Of a stretch of 64,000 nucleotides of DNA, positions 9,554 to 19,123 are shown one piece after another. The notes below the pieces were generated by a model that was given only the letters and a program-made list of their open reading frames with translations, ran no database searches and had not been told where the DNA came from. Positions within the stretch are counted from its first letter, which is position 1, and every line of letters starts with the position of its first letter. A program made the translations under genes and the position numbers. This stretch comes from Acaryochloris marina MBIC11017 (GTDB taxonomy: Bacteria; Cyanobacteriota; Cyanobacteriia; Thermosynechococcales; Thermosynechococcaceae): positions 3,790,521 to 3,854,520 of the forward strand of contig NC_009925.1 of assembly GCF_000018105.1 (NCBI RefSeq). The letters run 5' to 3'.

Positions 9554-10780
9554 CTAAGCTGGATTGAGTTGAGTCAGGTATTTCTCCACCACATCTGTGA
9601 GACCTTGTTGGGTAAAGGGTTTGGTGAAGTAATCGGTGGCACCGGCCAATTTGGCACGGGCTTTATCAATCAGCCCCGTATTTCCCGTCACCATGATGAT
9701 CGGGGTTTCGTCAAAGACGGCACTACTTCTGAGCAGACTGCACAAACGGTAACCGTTTATTTTGGGCATTGTGATATCGAGCAAAATCAGATCGGGCTTG
9801 ATCCGAAAGATGACTGAAGAGGCTTGAATCGGGTCATCGACCGTTGTAACTTCATATCGAGTATTCCCTAAAAACCGCTCAATCTCACTCAAAATCGTTG
9901 GACTATCGTCAATGCAGACAATCTTAAAGACGCGATTAGCGGCCTGGGCTGTCTGAGCAGCTTGGGTTACGGTTGGCGTGTTAGGAACACCTGGAACCCG
10001 AGGTAGTTGGTCAAAAGGCGGCTGTGGATTGCGTAAAAAAATGACCTGCTGTTCTACATAGGGACCAAAGAGCTGAGCAATATGCAGCTCGTCTTGTTTG
10101 AGCAGGACTGACAGCTGGCGAATACTGAATCCTCGACTCATCAACTGGGCGAGTTTCGTCAGTGCTTCTGGGGATAGTTTGCCCCCCTGAACGGGTTTGC
10201 TGATATGGCGAAAATCTAATAGGTAAGGACGCTGATAAGGTGACCAAATTTCTTTGCTACAACTTTGCCAACCCTTCATGCGTTGCTTGAGGAAGCGGAC
10301 CGTATCGACTACGTCCACTAAAGGCGTTTGCCCCAATACCGTCGTCACCCATTCCGGCGAAGGCGTACCATTTTCCCAAACTGCTCTGGCTTGACGCAGC
10401 CATAAAAAGGTTTCTAATGCATCTTGAGTAATATCTTCAATCAGCTGTCTGGATTGGATCTCATCTAGCATATGGCGTTCCTGCAGCCAGAGCATTGATC
10501 GCTGAATGAGTCCTTGGGCCTTGGTGACGGTTGTGACCCCAGCCTCCGTTGCGGGTGGCATTTCTTTAAGGACGTTATATGCCTGGTCTAACCCTTGTCG
10601 GCATAGGAAATAGCTGAGTTGGGCCAGGGTTTGAATGGAGCAGTCTACATACTGTAGGTCTCCCTCATTTAAATAGATGTGCCAAACGGCTTTACCATTG
10701 CTCGCTTTGAGTACGCCTGTCGCACTAGAGCTTGATAACTCAGTTAACAGCTGATACGGATCAAACTTAGAGGGTTCCAT
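9554..10780 (-). CDS. PatA-type response regulator (PilG/HmpA-like), with an N-terminal PATAN domain and a C-terminal CheY receiver
   Basis: The C-terminal REC is KIVCIDDSPTILSEIERFL...LLDITMPKINGY...IIMVTGNTGLIDKARAKLAGATDYFTKPF. The N-terminal ~270 aa resemble a PATAN/DUF4388 region. It is the first gene of the operon. Confidence 0.8.
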   Translation of the reverse strand: MEPSKFDPYQLLTELSSSSATGVLKASNGKAVWHIYLNEGDLQYVDCSIQTLAQLSYFLCRQGLDQAYNVLKEMPPATEAGVTTVTKAQGLIQRSMLWLQERHMLDEIQSRQLIEDITQDALETFLWLRQARAVWENGTPSPEWVTTVLGQTPLVDVVDTVRFLKQRMKGWQSCSKEIWSPYQRPYLLDFRHISKPVQGGKLSPEALTKLAQLMSRGFSIRQLSVLLKQDELHIAQLFGPYVEQQVIFLRNPQPPFDQLPRVPGVPNTPTVTQAAQTAQAANRVFKIVCIDDSPTILSEIERFLGNTRYEVTTVDDPIQASSVIFRIKPDLILLDITMPKINGYRLCSLLRSSAVFDETPIIMVTGNTGLIDKARAKLAGATDYFTKPFTQQGLTDVVEKYLTQLNPA

Positions 10781-11114
10781 AGGCGTTGGTGCAATGAAGG
10801 GAAAAAAGCTGTTATGGCGTTAAGTTGTGCAGAAAATATTGAAGGTATTTTAATTCAATATTCTACAGTGAATCTTTAGATTCTTGTTACAAAAAGAAAT
10901 ACTTTTCAACAAAAAACAATTTATATCTAGTTTACCCGCCTACTTTTGCTACTCAGATCAGTAATTTCCCGGATGTTTCTGATTCTTAAAGCCCTAATTT
11001 TGTAGTTTTTTAAGATTTAGGACTAACTCAGAGTTGTGGGGTCAGGGAGTGTCGTGTTCCGTTAAACTCACACCATAAAGTCGTAATAGAGTGAGTACTC
11101 TGCCCTAACCTTTT
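10781..11114. promoter_or_regulatory. Divergent AT-rich intergenic region between the chemosensory operon (minus) and the M14/coiled-coil unit (plus), presumed to hold bidirectional promoters
   Basis: It is a 330-nt non-coding, AT-rich stretch between divergently oriented starts. No specific -10/-35 pair could be pinned down confidently. Confidence 0.3.
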
Positions 11115-12200
11115 GTGTTTCCTTCTGAATATTGGCAAGGACGCGATCGCTTCCGTCATGCGGCCCAATCTCTGAATTGTGTTCTTGAAACGTATCCAAT
11201 CCAAGCTCTCGGTCCTCAAGACCGAGCCTTGAGTATTGATGTGGCTCGATATGGGTCTAAATCGCCCCACACTACTCTGCTCGTCTCCAGTGGCTTACAT
11301 GGAGTTGAAGGTTATTGCGGATCAGCCATCCAGTGGGCACTGTTGACCGATGTGCTGCCTCAGCTCACCTTGCCAAAAGGGGTGGCGGTGCTCTTGATTC
11401 ATGCTCTCAATCCCTATGGCTTTGCCTGGAATCGTCGCTGCAATGAAGACAATATCGACCTCAACCGGAATTTTTTACTGCCGGAACAATCGTTTACAGG
11501 CAGTCCAGAGGCGTATACTCAACTGGATGCTTTTCTGAATCCTCGCCAACCGCCGACCCCACAAGAGCTTTATACTCTCAAGCTGCTGGGGTACGCCCTT
11601 CGATATGGCGTATCGTCCCTCAAGCAAGCGCTGCCCGTTGGCCAGTATGAGTTTCCCCAGGGCCTCTTTTTTGGGGGGCAAGCCCCTGCCCAGACCCAGC
11701 AGATTTTGGCGTCGCAACTCCCTACCTGGTTGGGGCCAACCCAGCGTATTGTTCATCTGGACTTACATACAGGGCTAGGACGATGGACCGCGCCTACGTT
11801 CTTAGTGAAGCCTCAAGTCCACCAGACCGATCTGCCCTGGTTTCAACAAACCTTTACGGCAGAAGGTCTGCAAATCTTGGGACAACAAGGTGCGACCTAT
11901 ATTTGCCAGGGAGATATCGGTCCTTGGTGCCAAGCTTTGATGCAGGATTGTGACTATCGATTTGCCACGGTGGAATTTGGCACCTATCCGCTATTGCCGG
12001 TCCTCAAAGCGATGCGAGCAGAGAATCAGGCCCATTGGTGGGATGAGCCAGGGTCGTCTACCTATGCCTGGGCCAAATCGTTACTGCTGGAAGCTAATGC
12101 ACCTACAAGTGATGAATGGCGTCAAGCCGTTGTTGCTAAAGGAATTGACTTAATTCATCAAGCGTTTGCAGGATTGAATGAGTTATGTCCTACCTATTAA
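11115..12200 (+). CDS. M14-family zinc carboxypeptidase-like / succinylglutamate-desuccinylase-aspartoacylase-like protein (DUF2817-type)
   Basis: It carries HxxE-type zinc ligand context (SSGLHGVEGYCGS), LLIHALNPYGF and NRNF motifs typical of the AstE/AspA/M14-like fold. Confidence 0.5.
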   Translation: MFPSEYWQGRDRFRHAAQSLNCVLETYPIQALGPQDRALSIDVARYGSKSPHTTLLVSSGLHGVEGYCGSAIQWALLTDVLPQLTLPKGVAVLLIHALNPYGFAWNRRCNEDNIDLNRNFLLPEQSFTGSPEAYTQLDAFLNPRQPPTPQELYTLKLLGYALRYGVSSLKQALPVGQYEFPQGLFFGGQAPAQTQQILASQLPTWLGPTQRIVHLDLHTGLGRWTAPTFLVKPQVHQTDLPWFQQTFTAEGLQILGQQGATYICQGDIGPWCQALMQDCDYRFATVEFGTYPLLPVLKAMRAENQAHWWDEPGSSTYAWAKSLLLEANAPTSDEWRQAVVAKGIDLIHQAFAGLNELCPTY

Positions 12201-12496
12201 TTCCAGATTTTTTAGGTGTGGAGTATTGAAATGGAGGCCATTGTCGTCAGGGATGCTTTGGAAAGGGGATGCAGTTCACTTTCTGCAAGTCGCGATTCAG
12301 TCCTTGATCATTGGGGGTGATAAGAGCGTTTTGCCTGCCAGAATCCAGATATTTTCTCTGGGTTTGTTGCCTCTGTTTACACCAGACTTGGGTCTTTTGT
12401 AGCGAATGTCCTAGCATTTCTCAGCGGAGAACGTCAGGATAAAGAGAAGGAACTGGTTTCCTGATTGTCATCATCCCCAAAGTCGTCGTTACATCC

Positions 12497-15400
12497 ATGC
12501 CTGAATTGTCTAGTATTCTTGATCTTCGTTTGGTTCTAGAAAGCGTTGGTGCGCTCCTATTGGGGACAGCTACCGTCGATACCCTGCGTCAACGGCAGTG
12601 GCAGCAGCAACTCACATCTGCCTCTGAAGAGCAACAACGGTTGCTAACGGCGGATCAAGCTCGTCTGCAGACCGAGCAACAAACCCTTCAAACCGATAAC
12701 GAGACGTTAACCGCGGCCCTTGCCAAGGCTAAACAGGTGGTGGAGGCTCAAGAACAGAGCGTTGAAGAGTTAAAGCAGCAGGTCAGCCAGCTACAACAGC
12801 AGCAACGGGCTTGGGCAGACGAGAAACAAGCCCAAGATCAGCAGCAGAAGACCTTAGAAACTGAACTAGATACTCAAAAAGCGCAATGCCAACAGCTCCA
12901 GGCTGAATTGGATGAGCGGGCTGCTACGACTACGGAGTTAGACAATCTGGCTGCTGCGAAAACGCAAGCGGAAGTGGATCTGCGCCAGGCTCAATCCAAA
13001 ATGCGGGGTTTGCAACTCCAAGTGGATACCCTAACCCAAGCACAACAGCCATTGCAGGCCAAGGTAACGGCAGCAGAGCAGACAGCCGCTGTTGCTACCC
13101 AAGCTAAGACCCAACTGGAACAGCAGCTTGCCCAGTTGACTCAGACGCAACAGCAAGACCAATCCCAGGTGACGCAAGCCCAGGCAACGATTCAAAGTCT
13201 TGAACAACAAGTGGCCAGCCTGACCGCGACACAAAAAACTTTAGAAAATCAGCTGCAACAGCAGTCTCAACGGGATCGTCAGCGTCAGAACTTAGCGACG
13301 GAAGTGGCTATACTCCAAGATCAAATTGCGACCCTCACGACCCAAAACCAGAGCCTAGAGGATGATCGAGTCGCTGTTCAGCAAGAGAAAGATAGTCTAA
13401 CCCAGCGATTAGAGACCTTAACGGCCACCCATGACCAGCTAGCCACCACCCAGGCTGAAACGGTTCAGCAGCTGGCTGCTACGACTCAAACTCATCTGCA
13501 GTTGGAGCAAGCCCATGCTCAGCTAACAGCAGAGTTAGAAGGGCTCCATCATGCGCAGACGGATCTCTCTACCCTTCGCCAAGAAAAACAAACCCTGGAG
13601 TCTCTGGTTACTGAGCAAAAACAGGAAATTGACGATTTAACGGGACGACTGGCCACGGCCAAAGATCTGCAACGGCAGTTGGCAGAGGACTATGAAACAG
13701 CTCAGACCTCCTTGTCTGCTTTAGAGACCCAAGACACAGACTTCAACACAGAGCTGGCGGCGGATCTCCAAGATGCCCATGCTCAAATCAAGACCCTTCA
13801 GCAAAATCTGGAGACCCTGACCCAACAAAATCAAGATCTGCGTAACCAGATCGCTGCTGCTCCACCTGAGCAGTCCCAAGCCTTACAGGAACTCGAACAA
13901 GCCCTGCAAGCTGCCCAATCCAGAAATCAACAGCAACAACAACAGCTGCAGGACCTAGCCCAAGAGAAAGAGTCCCTTGCTACTTCCCTGCAAACCGCTC
14001 AATCCAACTCCACTGAGCTACAGCAGCAGATTGCATCCTTGACTCAGCAACACCAGGAATTAGAGACCAGTTTGGAGCAAACCCAAACGGCAGATTCCAG
14101 TCTGATTACGGAACTCACGACTAATCAGCAGCAGCTCACCACTGAACTAACTGACGCTCAAGAACTGATTACCAACCTGCGCCAGCAAATCTCAGATTTG
14201 GAAACCGCTCAAGAGGCTCAACCCACAAGCACAGATATTGAGGCCCTGACTCAAACCAATCAAACCCTATCGGCAGAGCTGTCAGACTCACAAACCGCCT
14301 TGGCGACCCTGCGTCAGCAACTTCAGACTCTGGAGCAGCAACAGCAACGCTTAGAGACGGAGCAAGGTGCAGTCGCCAACGACCAGTCCAAAACCATTGC
14401 TGCTTTGGAAGCCCAACTGCAAACCCTGCAACAAGAACGGGAGACTCTCAATCAGCAGGTGGCGGAATATCAAGGCCATCTTCCATCTTTGCAAGAGCAG
14501 ATTACGGATTTAGAACAACAGCGACAAACTCTGGAGTCCTCATTACAAGGTGCTGAAGCGCAAGCGCAGGACCTGGAACAGCAGCTCAATACCCTGAATC
14601 AAGGGCAAACCCAAACTCAGCAAGATTTACAGGCTCAGCAGCAACAGGTCATTACCCTAGAACAACAGGTACAGGCCCTGGAAGCGGAGAAGACTCAATT
14701 AGCATCTGCTCTCAAAGTCGCTGAAGAAGCCCCTATCCCTTTGCAAGAAGCCTTACAGTCCGCTCAAACGGAACAGACCCAGTTGGAGCAACGGCTGACA
14801 GCACTCACCCAGCAGAATCAGGACTTACAAACTGCGATCAATCAAGCCTCGGATACTTCTGCGTTGGAGACAGAGCTGGCGGCAGTGAAGGCGGAGAAGC
14901 AGCAATTAACTGTAACCTTACAAGCTGCTGAAGCCGCCTCGTTGCCTTTGCAAACAACCTTGCAAACTGCACAAGCTGAACAGGTTCGTTTAGAGCAACA
15001 GCTCGCCGCACTAACAGAGCAGAATCAGAGCTTGCAAGTTTCTCTAGAACAGGCCTCTGATACCTCAGCTTTGGAGGCAGAGTTGGCGGCAGCGAAGGCA
15101 GAATGCGATCGCATCACCCAATCCCAACAGACAGCAGAAACCACCATCCAAACCCTGACCGCCCAACTGCAAGAGCTAGAGTCCCTACCTGAGCAGCTCC
15201 AATCCCTGACCCAAGCGAAAGCTCAGCTCGAAGCCGATCTCCAGCAGGCCACCACCATAACGGCAGAAGTGGACCAGTTAACGCAGGCTCAGCAAGATTT
15301 ACAGGCGGCGCTATCGCAGGCTGAGGAAGAGAAACTAGGGTTGCGATCACAACTCCAAACCTTAGAACAGCAGGTCGTGGATCTGCAATCGGCGACGTCA

Positions 15401-16060
15401 TCTGTGGAACTAGAACAGCAGCTTCAAGATCTGACGGCAGATCGCGATCAGCTGCAGCACAACTACGACACTGCGACGGCTAAAATCACGACCCTACAAC
15501 AGCAACTCCACACCTTAGAACAGCAGGCTGCTGAGCTGCCTGACTTAGAGGATGCCTTACCTGAACAGATGATGGCAGCAATGAAAGAGGCCGACCAACA
15601 GATCACGACCCTAGAAACCCAAGTCAAAGCCATGAAAAAAGACAAGGCAGAGTTGGAAAAAGCGATGAAAATGGCCAGGGACGTCGTCTCGCATTTTGAG
15701 CAACAGGTTGAAAACCTCACCCAAGAAAAGCAACAGCTTGAACAACAATTCCAGATGTCTACCTCAGATGATCCTTTGGCCACGGTCCCAGCAGTTGTCC
15801 CTGAATCGCAACCTGGTCTCCCCCTCTCGGGACAAAGTTTTGTTATCACTGGCAAACTGGCTCAGCTCAGTTATGAACAAGTGAAAACAATCATTCAGGA
15901 AGCAGGTGGTACCATCAATACCCATCCCAGTTCTAAAACCAGCTATGTTGTCGTCGGGAAAGATCCAGGCAACAAGCTGAAAAAGGCTGAGAAATATAGT
16001 ATCCCGCAATTATCAGAGCAGCAGTTAATGGAGCTATTGGGGTTAGATCTCTCTGCTTGA
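12497..16060 (+). CDS. Very long coiled-coil protein (~1150 aa of Q/L/E/T-rich heptads) with a C-terminal BRCT domain. It may correspond to HmpF, a coiled-coil motility protein of filamentous cyanobacteria
   Basis: The composition is continuously low-complexity and alpha-helical (QQLQ..., LEQQ...). The last ~80 aa are SGQSFVITGKL...AGGTINTHPSSKTSYVVVGKDPGNKLKKAEKYSIPQLSEQQLMELLG, which align closely with the LigA-type BRCT domain. Confidence 0.85.
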   Translation: MPELSSILDLRLVLESVGALLLGTATVDTLRQRQWQQQLTSASEEQQRLLTADQARLQTEQQTLQTDNETLTAALAKAKQVVEAQEQSVEELKQQVSQLQQQQRAWADEKQAQDQQQKTLETELDTQKAQCQQLQAELDERAATTTELDNLAAAKTQAEVDLRQAQSKMRGLQLQVDTLTQAQQPLQAKVTAAEQTAAVATQAKTQLEQQLAQLTQTQQQDQSQVTQAQATIQSLEQQVASLTATQKTLENQLQQQSQRDRQRQNLATEVAILQDQIATLTTQNQSLEDDRVAVQQEKDSLTQRLETLTATHDQLATTQAETVQQLAATTQTHLQLEQAHAQLTAELEGLHHAQTDLSTLRQEKQTLESLVTEQKQEIDDLTGRLATAKDLQRQLAEDYETAQTSLSALETQDTDFNTELAADLQDAHAQIKTLQQNLETLTQQNQDLRNQIAAAPPEQSQALQELEQALQAAQSRNQQQQQQLQDLAQEKESLATSLQTAQSNSTELQQQIASLTQQHQELETSLEQTQTADSSLITELTTNQQQLTTELTDAQELITNLRQQISDLETAQEAQPTSTDIEALTQTNQTLSAELSDSQTALATLRQQLQTLEQQQQRLETEQGAVANDQSKTIAALEAQLQTLQQERETLNQQVAEYQGHLPSLQEQITDLEQQRQTLESSLQGAEAQAQDLEQQLNTLNQGQTQTQQDLQAQQQQVITLEQQVQALEAEKTQLASALKVAEEAPIPLQEALQSAQTEQTQLEQRLTALTQQNQDLQTAINQASDTSALETELAAVKAEKQQLTVTLQAAEAASLPLQTTLQTAQAEQVRLEQQLAALTEQNQSLQVSLEQASDTSALEAELAAAKAECDRITQSQQTAETTIQTLTAQLQELESLPEQLQSLTQAKAQLEADLQQATTITAEVDQLTQAQQDLQAALSQAEEEKLGLRSQLQTLEQQVVDLQSATSSVELEQQLQDLTADRDQLQHNYDTATAKITTLQQQLHTLEQQAAELPDLEDALPEQMMAAMKEADQQITTLETQVKAMKKDKAELEKAMKMARDVVSHFEQQVENLTQEKQQLEQQFQMSTSDDPLATVPAVVPESQPGLPLSGQSFVITGKLAQLSYEQVKTIIQEAGGTINTHPSSKTSYVVVGKDPGNKLKKAEKYSIPQLSEQQLMELLGLDLSA

Positions 16061-16219
16061 GGAATCTACTGGCTTTCGAGGGCTTTGTTGCAAAATTTTG
16101 CAGTCTTCAAAGAAATATAGAATTCCATGTCTCCAGCCTTAGTAAACCCGCTGAAACCTAGATAGGCATGGGAAAATCGTGTTCGGATTTTTTGGCCTAC
16201 ACCTTTAGGAGTTATTTTC

Positions 16220-16354
16220 ATGACAGTGCGAACCATCACAGATCAACAAACGACGATTCGCTTTTCTGGCTACAAGCTGGATGATGCCGATGCTTGGCTC
16301 GAAACATTAAAGGAAAATGGACGCCCTGTTCATGGAGAGTTGGCCAAAAGCTAA
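16220..16354 (+). CDS. Candidate small protein (44 aa, MTVRTITDQQTTIRFSGYKLDDADAWLETLKENGRPVHGELAKS), below the ORF-track cutoff
   Basis: An ATG is preceded by TAGGAG at about -8, the frame is open and the gene is compact. An intrinsic terminator lies about 70 nt downstream. No family was recognised. Confidence 0.4.
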   Translation: MTVRTITDQQTTIRFSGYKLDDADAWLETLKENGRPVHGELAKS

Positions 16355-16423
16355 GCTTTTTCTCAACTCTAGTTCTGCCCAACGGATTTTCCATCGTTAG
16401 GTTAGAGTTCCTCTTCTGATGCA

Positions 16424-16454
16424 ATACCCTCGACAAGATGCGAGGGTATTTTTT
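16424..16454 (+). terminator. Rho-independent terminator hairpin (ATACCCTCG-loop-CGAGGGTAT) followed by a T6 run
   Basis: A perfect 9-bp GC-containing stem with an 8-nt loop is immediately followed by TTTTTT. Confidence 0.6.
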
Positions 16455-17039
16455 ATGGCGTTACGTTTTTAGAATAAGTGTACATTGCCCTAAAAGTGAT
16501 TCAGGCAGTGGGATTGCCAATGATCACTATCACTCTAGATCTCTGCTCAGGATCACCTGCTAAGACCGCTGATGAGGGTAGGATTGTGCAAACATTCAAA
16601 ATGGTGCCAATGAAGATTTGACATTACCCAGTAGATTAATCAGAAAAAATCGCTAGTTTTAATGAAGACGAAGATGAAGCACATTGTGAGAGTCTCAATG
16701 GGTGCATGAAGAGATAATCTCAACCGTCTTGAACCTAGGGAATTTGTGGCCATTTTTTCTGATAAGTGCTAGTTGTGGCCCAATTCAGGGAATATTAGAT
16801 GCGAACTTGGTTTCAGTGAATCAGCTAGCGCTTTAAGCGCTGGTATAGAAACCTCTTCAGGAATTTAGTGAATCAGTGCCAACCTTGGTATTCATTGACT
16901 AAACAACCCATGATGCGCTTACAATTGAGCTTTTCAACCATCATCAAAAGGTTCGATTCAAATCTTTTTTTGGCTTCAGATAATCGGTTTTTTCTGTTTC
17001 ACCCACGCGATCTAATTTTCTTTTTTGAGGAGATATTTA

Positions 17040-18680
17040 ATGGCAACCAAATGGAAACTGATTGTTCCTGGAATTATCGCGGGTGCAGTCGCGATCGGGG
17101 GAATTGCTGCATATTTTTACCTAAAGGTTATTCCTGCCCGTGAAGGAACCAGTCCAGTCGCCAGTGCAAAAATTGTGCCCGATGAAGCCTGGATGGCAGG
17201 CTACGTTGATATTACGTCGGATTCTTGGGAAAAACTGAAAGATTTTGGTACTCCCGAAGCTCAAGATCTGGTGTTTGGTGGTTTCGATGAGATGACTGCT
17301 GACATCAAAAAAGAGTTAGCAGAAGATAAGCTGGATTACGATAAAGACATCAAGCCTTGGTTGGGCAGTGTGATGTTTGCGGCGGTTCCTGCCAGCGAGG
17401 ACAAACCCGCCCCCAGTATGTTGATGGTCATTGGCATTAAAGACAAAGTAGAAGTCTTAAACTTTGCCAATAAGATGAAAGACAAGGAAGATTTAGAGGT
17501 CAAAGAGACTGACCATAAAGGCGTCAAGATTTTAGAAATAGATGCTTCGGGTTCTCCAAGCTATGTGGCGATTCTCGAGAATCACCTGGCTATGTCTGAC
17601 AATCAAGATGTGGTCAAAAAAGCTATTGATTCATCGAAGGGTGATCCGTCCTTAGCCTCCGATGGTGAGACTCGGAAGATCCTGGAAGAAAGCCTGAAGA
17701 TGGATAACCCCGTCGCTCAAATCTTCATCCCCAATTATGGGAAATTGATTACACAGGCGGCAGCGTTTAATCCCAGTAATCCACTTCCTCCTCAGCTGAA
17801 AGATCAACTGGATCAAATTAAATCGGTGTCAGTTGGCATGGGCATTGATAATGAAGGCGTTCGGTTCCGAGCGGTAACCAAGGTCAATCCCGATTCCTTT
17901 AAGTGGGAATTCAAGCCAGTTCCAGGCAAAATTATTTCCCAATTCCCGGCCAATACCCTGTTATCGGCCAATGCTGGTAACCTGAGCAGTCAGTGGAATT
18001 ACGCCCTCCAACAGCTAGACAGCGTGCCTGAATTTAAAGAAGGCTTAGATGAAGTCCGACAGCAGATTCGTCAAACCACCCAGCTGGATTTAGATAAAGA
18101 CATTATTGGCTGGATGGATAAAGAAGTGGGATTAGCTCTTATTCCAGGCAATCAAGGCGTCTTGCAATCTGTGGGCTTTGGCGGAACCTTAGTGTTCAAG
18201 ACGAGCGATCGTGCTAAAGCTGAAGCAACCTTTGCCAAACTGGATGACCTAGTCAAACAAAGCAATGTCCCAGTTAACAAGAGCAAAATTGGCAATGTTG
18301 ATGTGACCCAATGGCAGTTTCCACCCACCAAAGAAACCCTAGCCGGTCATGGTTGGATTGATAATGAAACCGTGTTCTTCGCTATTGGTGACCCCATCAT
18401 CAAGGTCATGGCTAAACCGGATAAAACGTTGGATCAAAGCGAGACCTTTAAGTCTGTCACGCGAACCTTACCCCAGTCTAATTCCGGGTACTTCTTCGTC
18501 AATATGGATGAAGCCAACAAAGTCATTTTGAGTAATCCGGCCATTACTAGCCAAGGCCTGATTACACCTGAAGTTGAAGCGGTTCTCAAGTCCATTCGGG
18601 GCATTGGTATTGCCAGTACGCAAATGGATAAGACTACCTATACTGGCGATGTACTCTTGGCACTAAAGCCCAAATCATAA
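17040..18680 (+). CDS. Membrane-anchored hypothetical protein, possibly a DUF3352-family member, with an N-terminal TM helix and a large extracytoplasmic domain
   Basis: An ATG at 17040 is preceded by GAGGAG. The N-terminal hydrophobic segment is LIVPGIIAGAVAIGGIAAYFYL. The length of about 547 aa fits the size of DUF3352 proteins. The family assignment comes from memory only. Confidence 0.6.
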   Translation: MATKWKLIVPGIIAGAVAIGGIAAYFYLKVIPAREGTSPVASAKIVPDEAWMAGYVDITSDSWEKLKDFGTPEAQDLVFGGFDEMTADIKKELAEDKLDYDKDIKPWLGSVMFAAVPASEDKPAPSMLMVIGIKDKVEVLNFANKMKDKEDLEVKETDHKGVKILEIDASGSPSYVAILENHLAMSDNQDVVKKAIDSSKGDPSLASDGETRKILEESLKMDNPVAQIFIPNYGKLITQAAAFNPSNPLPPQLKDQLDQIKSVSVGMGIDNEGVRFRAVTKVNPDSFKWEFKPVPGKIISQFPANTLLSANAGNLSSQWNYALQQLDSVPEFKEGLDEVRQQIRQTTQLDLDKDIIGWMDKEVGLALIPGNQGVLQSVGFGGTLVFKTSDRAKAEATFAKLDDLVKQSNVPVNKSKIGNVDVTQWQFPPTKETLAGHGWIDNETVFFAIGDPIIKVMAKPDKTLDQSETFKSVTRTLPQSNSGYFFVNMDEANKVILSNPAITSQGLITPEVEAVLKSIRGIGIASTQMDKTTYTGDVLLALKPKS

Positions 18681-18704
18681 CAAGCCAATTCTGATTGCGA
18701 TAAG

Positions 18705-18736
18705 AGCTAGTCGGGGCATTCTCGGCTAGCTTTTTC
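18705..18736 (+). terminator. Probable intrinsic terminator downstream of the 17040..18680 gene
   Basis: A palindrome AGCTAGTCGG...CTCGGCTAGCT is followed by TTTTT. Confidence 0.4.
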
Positions 18737-19123
18737 AGTTTTGAAAGATGCACAGTAAAGGATTGAGCACCCAATCGATCTAGGTCAAGGTTGATGAAGC
18801 TGCAAATATCCAAGTGTCGATTAGGGAAAGATGAGAACTGGTGATTGATGAGGAGAGAGTCGCAATTCTCAACGGACCTGGTCAAAGAGTTACGTGAGTC
18901 TCTGAAATGCTTGAGCAGCCAAAGCAGCAAACAGTGAACTAACCACTGTTCCACTGCGTCTAATGGAGGTTTTTCACTCTCTCTCATCTTAAGCTTTGTT
19001 GATGTAGGATCAACCCTCAGGGATGAAGAGACATCAGGGCTATTGGAAAGATGATGACTCACTACTCCTGACAGTTTTAAGATTCTGTCGGCAGCTCTCT
19101 TGGCCATCTGCCAAAAGCAATAG

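Noticed and set aside
13031-15855. Several 60-130-aa ORFs on the minus strand inside 12497..16060
   Set aside because: They lie antisense to the long coiled-coil gene and are low complexity (Leu/Cys/Ser-rich). They are artefacts of a repetitive GC-balanced coding sequence.
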